From contig MU057357.1 of assembly GCA_013239625.1 (NCBI GenBank), positions 34,699,723-34,763,722 of the forward strand: a DNA stretch of 64,000 nt, in the 5' to 3' direction. The notes below the pieces were generated by a model that did not search any database, was not told where the DNA came from, and worked only from the letters and a program-made list of their open reading frames with translations. The stretch is from Lama guanicoe (lineage: Eukaryota). Below are positions 62,380-64,000 of the stretch, piece after piece. The position numbers and the translations under genes are program-made. Position 1 is the first letter of the stretch. The number at the start of each line of letters is the position of its first letter.

Positions 62380-62655
62380 ACCCGAGCAGTTGGTGGAATG
62401 CTATTGATTAGGATGGAGAAGACGAGGGGAAGAGATGACCTGGAGAAAAAAAAAAATTCAAGGATTTGGTTCTGACCTGTTGAAACAAAAGTGCCTGTAC
62501 AGTTTCCTAGGGAGTCACTGGGTTTGGAGTTCACAGAAGAGGTCTGGACTGGAGATATGAAAAGGGGGGCTGTCATTATGGAAAGTGCTTCAAGTCATGA
62601 GCCTGAATAAGATTACCAGGGAGGAAGCAGAGTGAGAGACTGAGCACTGAACATC
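62380..62655 (-). mobile_element. L2 remnant
   Basis: TGGAGTTCACAGAAGAGGTCTGGACTGGAGATA...AGATTACCAGGGAG. Confidence 0.6.
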
Positions 62656-62939
62656 TTTCCGTGGATTACAGTGAAAGAAAGAGAGCTTTCCAGATATTAA
62701 AATGTATCTTTTAAACTGTAATGATTAAAGCAACATGACAGTGAATTACAACAGAGATCAGTGACACAAAGCCCAGAGACTCAAGGATACGTGGGACATA
62801 GTACATGATGAATGCAACATCCATCTATAGAGCAGGCATAGGTTATTCAACAGAACATACTCAGCGTGGGATTTCATCTCCATTTTCTCTGGATATCATT
62901 ATTTTTAAAAACATGTTGCTTTTTTGACTATTTCAACAA

Positions 62940-63450
62940 ACAAAAATGAATAGCTAAAAACCTGGGGAAAATGTTATAGATCCTATCATTAATCTACATG
63001 GAATTTAATTTGATGGAATTTATAAACAAATATTAGCATACACATAAAATGTTCTTATAATTCTAGGGTAAGGAAGGTATATCTAAGCATGGCAAGTAAG
63101 ACAGGAAGCATATTTAAAAGTTTATATAGAATGAATAATGCAATAAAGCAGAAAAAAATAACACACTAGGAAAAATATGTTCAACAAAACTGACAAAGGG
63201 TTATTTTCTTAATATAGTATATAAAGATGTTTTATAAATCGTTATTAAACAAATGAATACATCCATAGAAGCAGAAAGGTTATGTTAAATGACACAAAAA
63301 TTAAGAAAAATATAAATAATAAATAACTTATATAATAATGTTTGGTATATTTAATCATAAAAACATACTAAAATGACAGTGAAATACTATTTTTCATATC
63401 ATTGGATAGGCAAAGATATCACTCAAAATACATACATCAGAAGTCCTAAT
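62940..63450 (+). mobile_element. Old L1 ORF2 3' remnant
   Basis: A-rich; TCTAAGCATG, TGACAAAGGGTTA, AAATACTATTTTTCA motifs. Confidence 0.55.
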
Positions 63451-63454
63451 ACCA

Positions 63455-63908
63455 GCGAGGGCAGACAGTGTTTTCCAAAGAGCGCAGTAGCAATGTATAA
63501 CCCTGGTGACCTTTGTAACTGCTTCAACCAAGAGAAATGTGGCAGAAGTGATATGACACTGCGTGGTTTCCAAGACTAGGTCATAAAACGCACTATGGTT
63601 TTACCTAGCTCTCTCCCTCTTTCTCTATATGCTTTCTCCTGAAACCCAGCCACCAACATGTGAACAAAGTAGGTGCTCAGCCAGTGCCTAGCATTAACCA
63701 CCAGACAACTAGAAATGTGAGTGAATGACCAAGTCTTCTATGTGATTGTAGCCCCTAGACTTCCAGTCTTCCAGCTGACATCCAGATATCATAGCATACA
63801 GGTTTTCTCACCAATGGAAACCACAGGAGATAATAAAGGATCATTGTTATTCAAGCCAGTAGTTTTGGAGTGATTTTTTTAAAAATGCAATAACAGGTAA
63901 CTAATACT
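63455..63908 (+). mobile_element. MLT1-type MaLR LTR
   Basis: AATGTGGCAGAAGTGAT...TTCCAAGACTAGGTCATAAA...GCAATAACAGGTAACTAATAC. Confidence 0.75.
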
Positions 63909-64000
63909 CTAGCTTTCGGCACCATACGTCAAAAGTTTGAATACAGGGCATATCTGCTGACTAATTTATCTTGAGGAAGCACTCAGACAAGTGAACGAGT

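Noticed and set aside
21200-64000. Many 60-120 aa ORFs, a second gene, CRISPR-like arrays or prokaryotic systems
   Set aside because: ORF lengths are at chance level, many lie in repeats or N gaps, and none resembles a known protein. No regularly spaced repeat array is seen, and the DNA is mammalian intergenic sequence.

Overview
Mammalian genomic DNA, most likely a camelid: it carries a tRNA-derived SINE resembling the camelid Vic-1 family, and I saw no Alu or ruminant BovB/Bov-tA elements. The only supportable protein-coding gene is the 5' part of integrin alpha-4 (ITGA4) on the minus strand. Coding exons 1-4 are complete (19998-19802, 19446-19325, 2704-2598, 2501-2372) and exon 5 runs off the window (16-1). 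All junctions are GT-AG and in phase, giving MAEQSRR...YNVDTENALLY...APCYQDYVKKF. A CpG-island promoter with Ets, E-box and CTCF-like motifs lies at about 19.2-21.2 kb. The remaining ~43 kb upstream is non-coding, filled with L1, L2, MIR, LTR and DNA-transposon remnants plus some repeat-poor, motif-rich candidate enhancers. There are three short N gaps. The most interesting signal is a three-AUG start region: an out-of-frame 26-aa upstream ORF overlaps the main AUG and ends in a TGATG stop/start overlap with in-frame Met21. Intron 2 also holds a four-layer nested transposon stack with a candidate L1 3' transduction. Repeat names and boundaries are by-eye recognitions and approximate, and comparisons to human or mouse are from memory.
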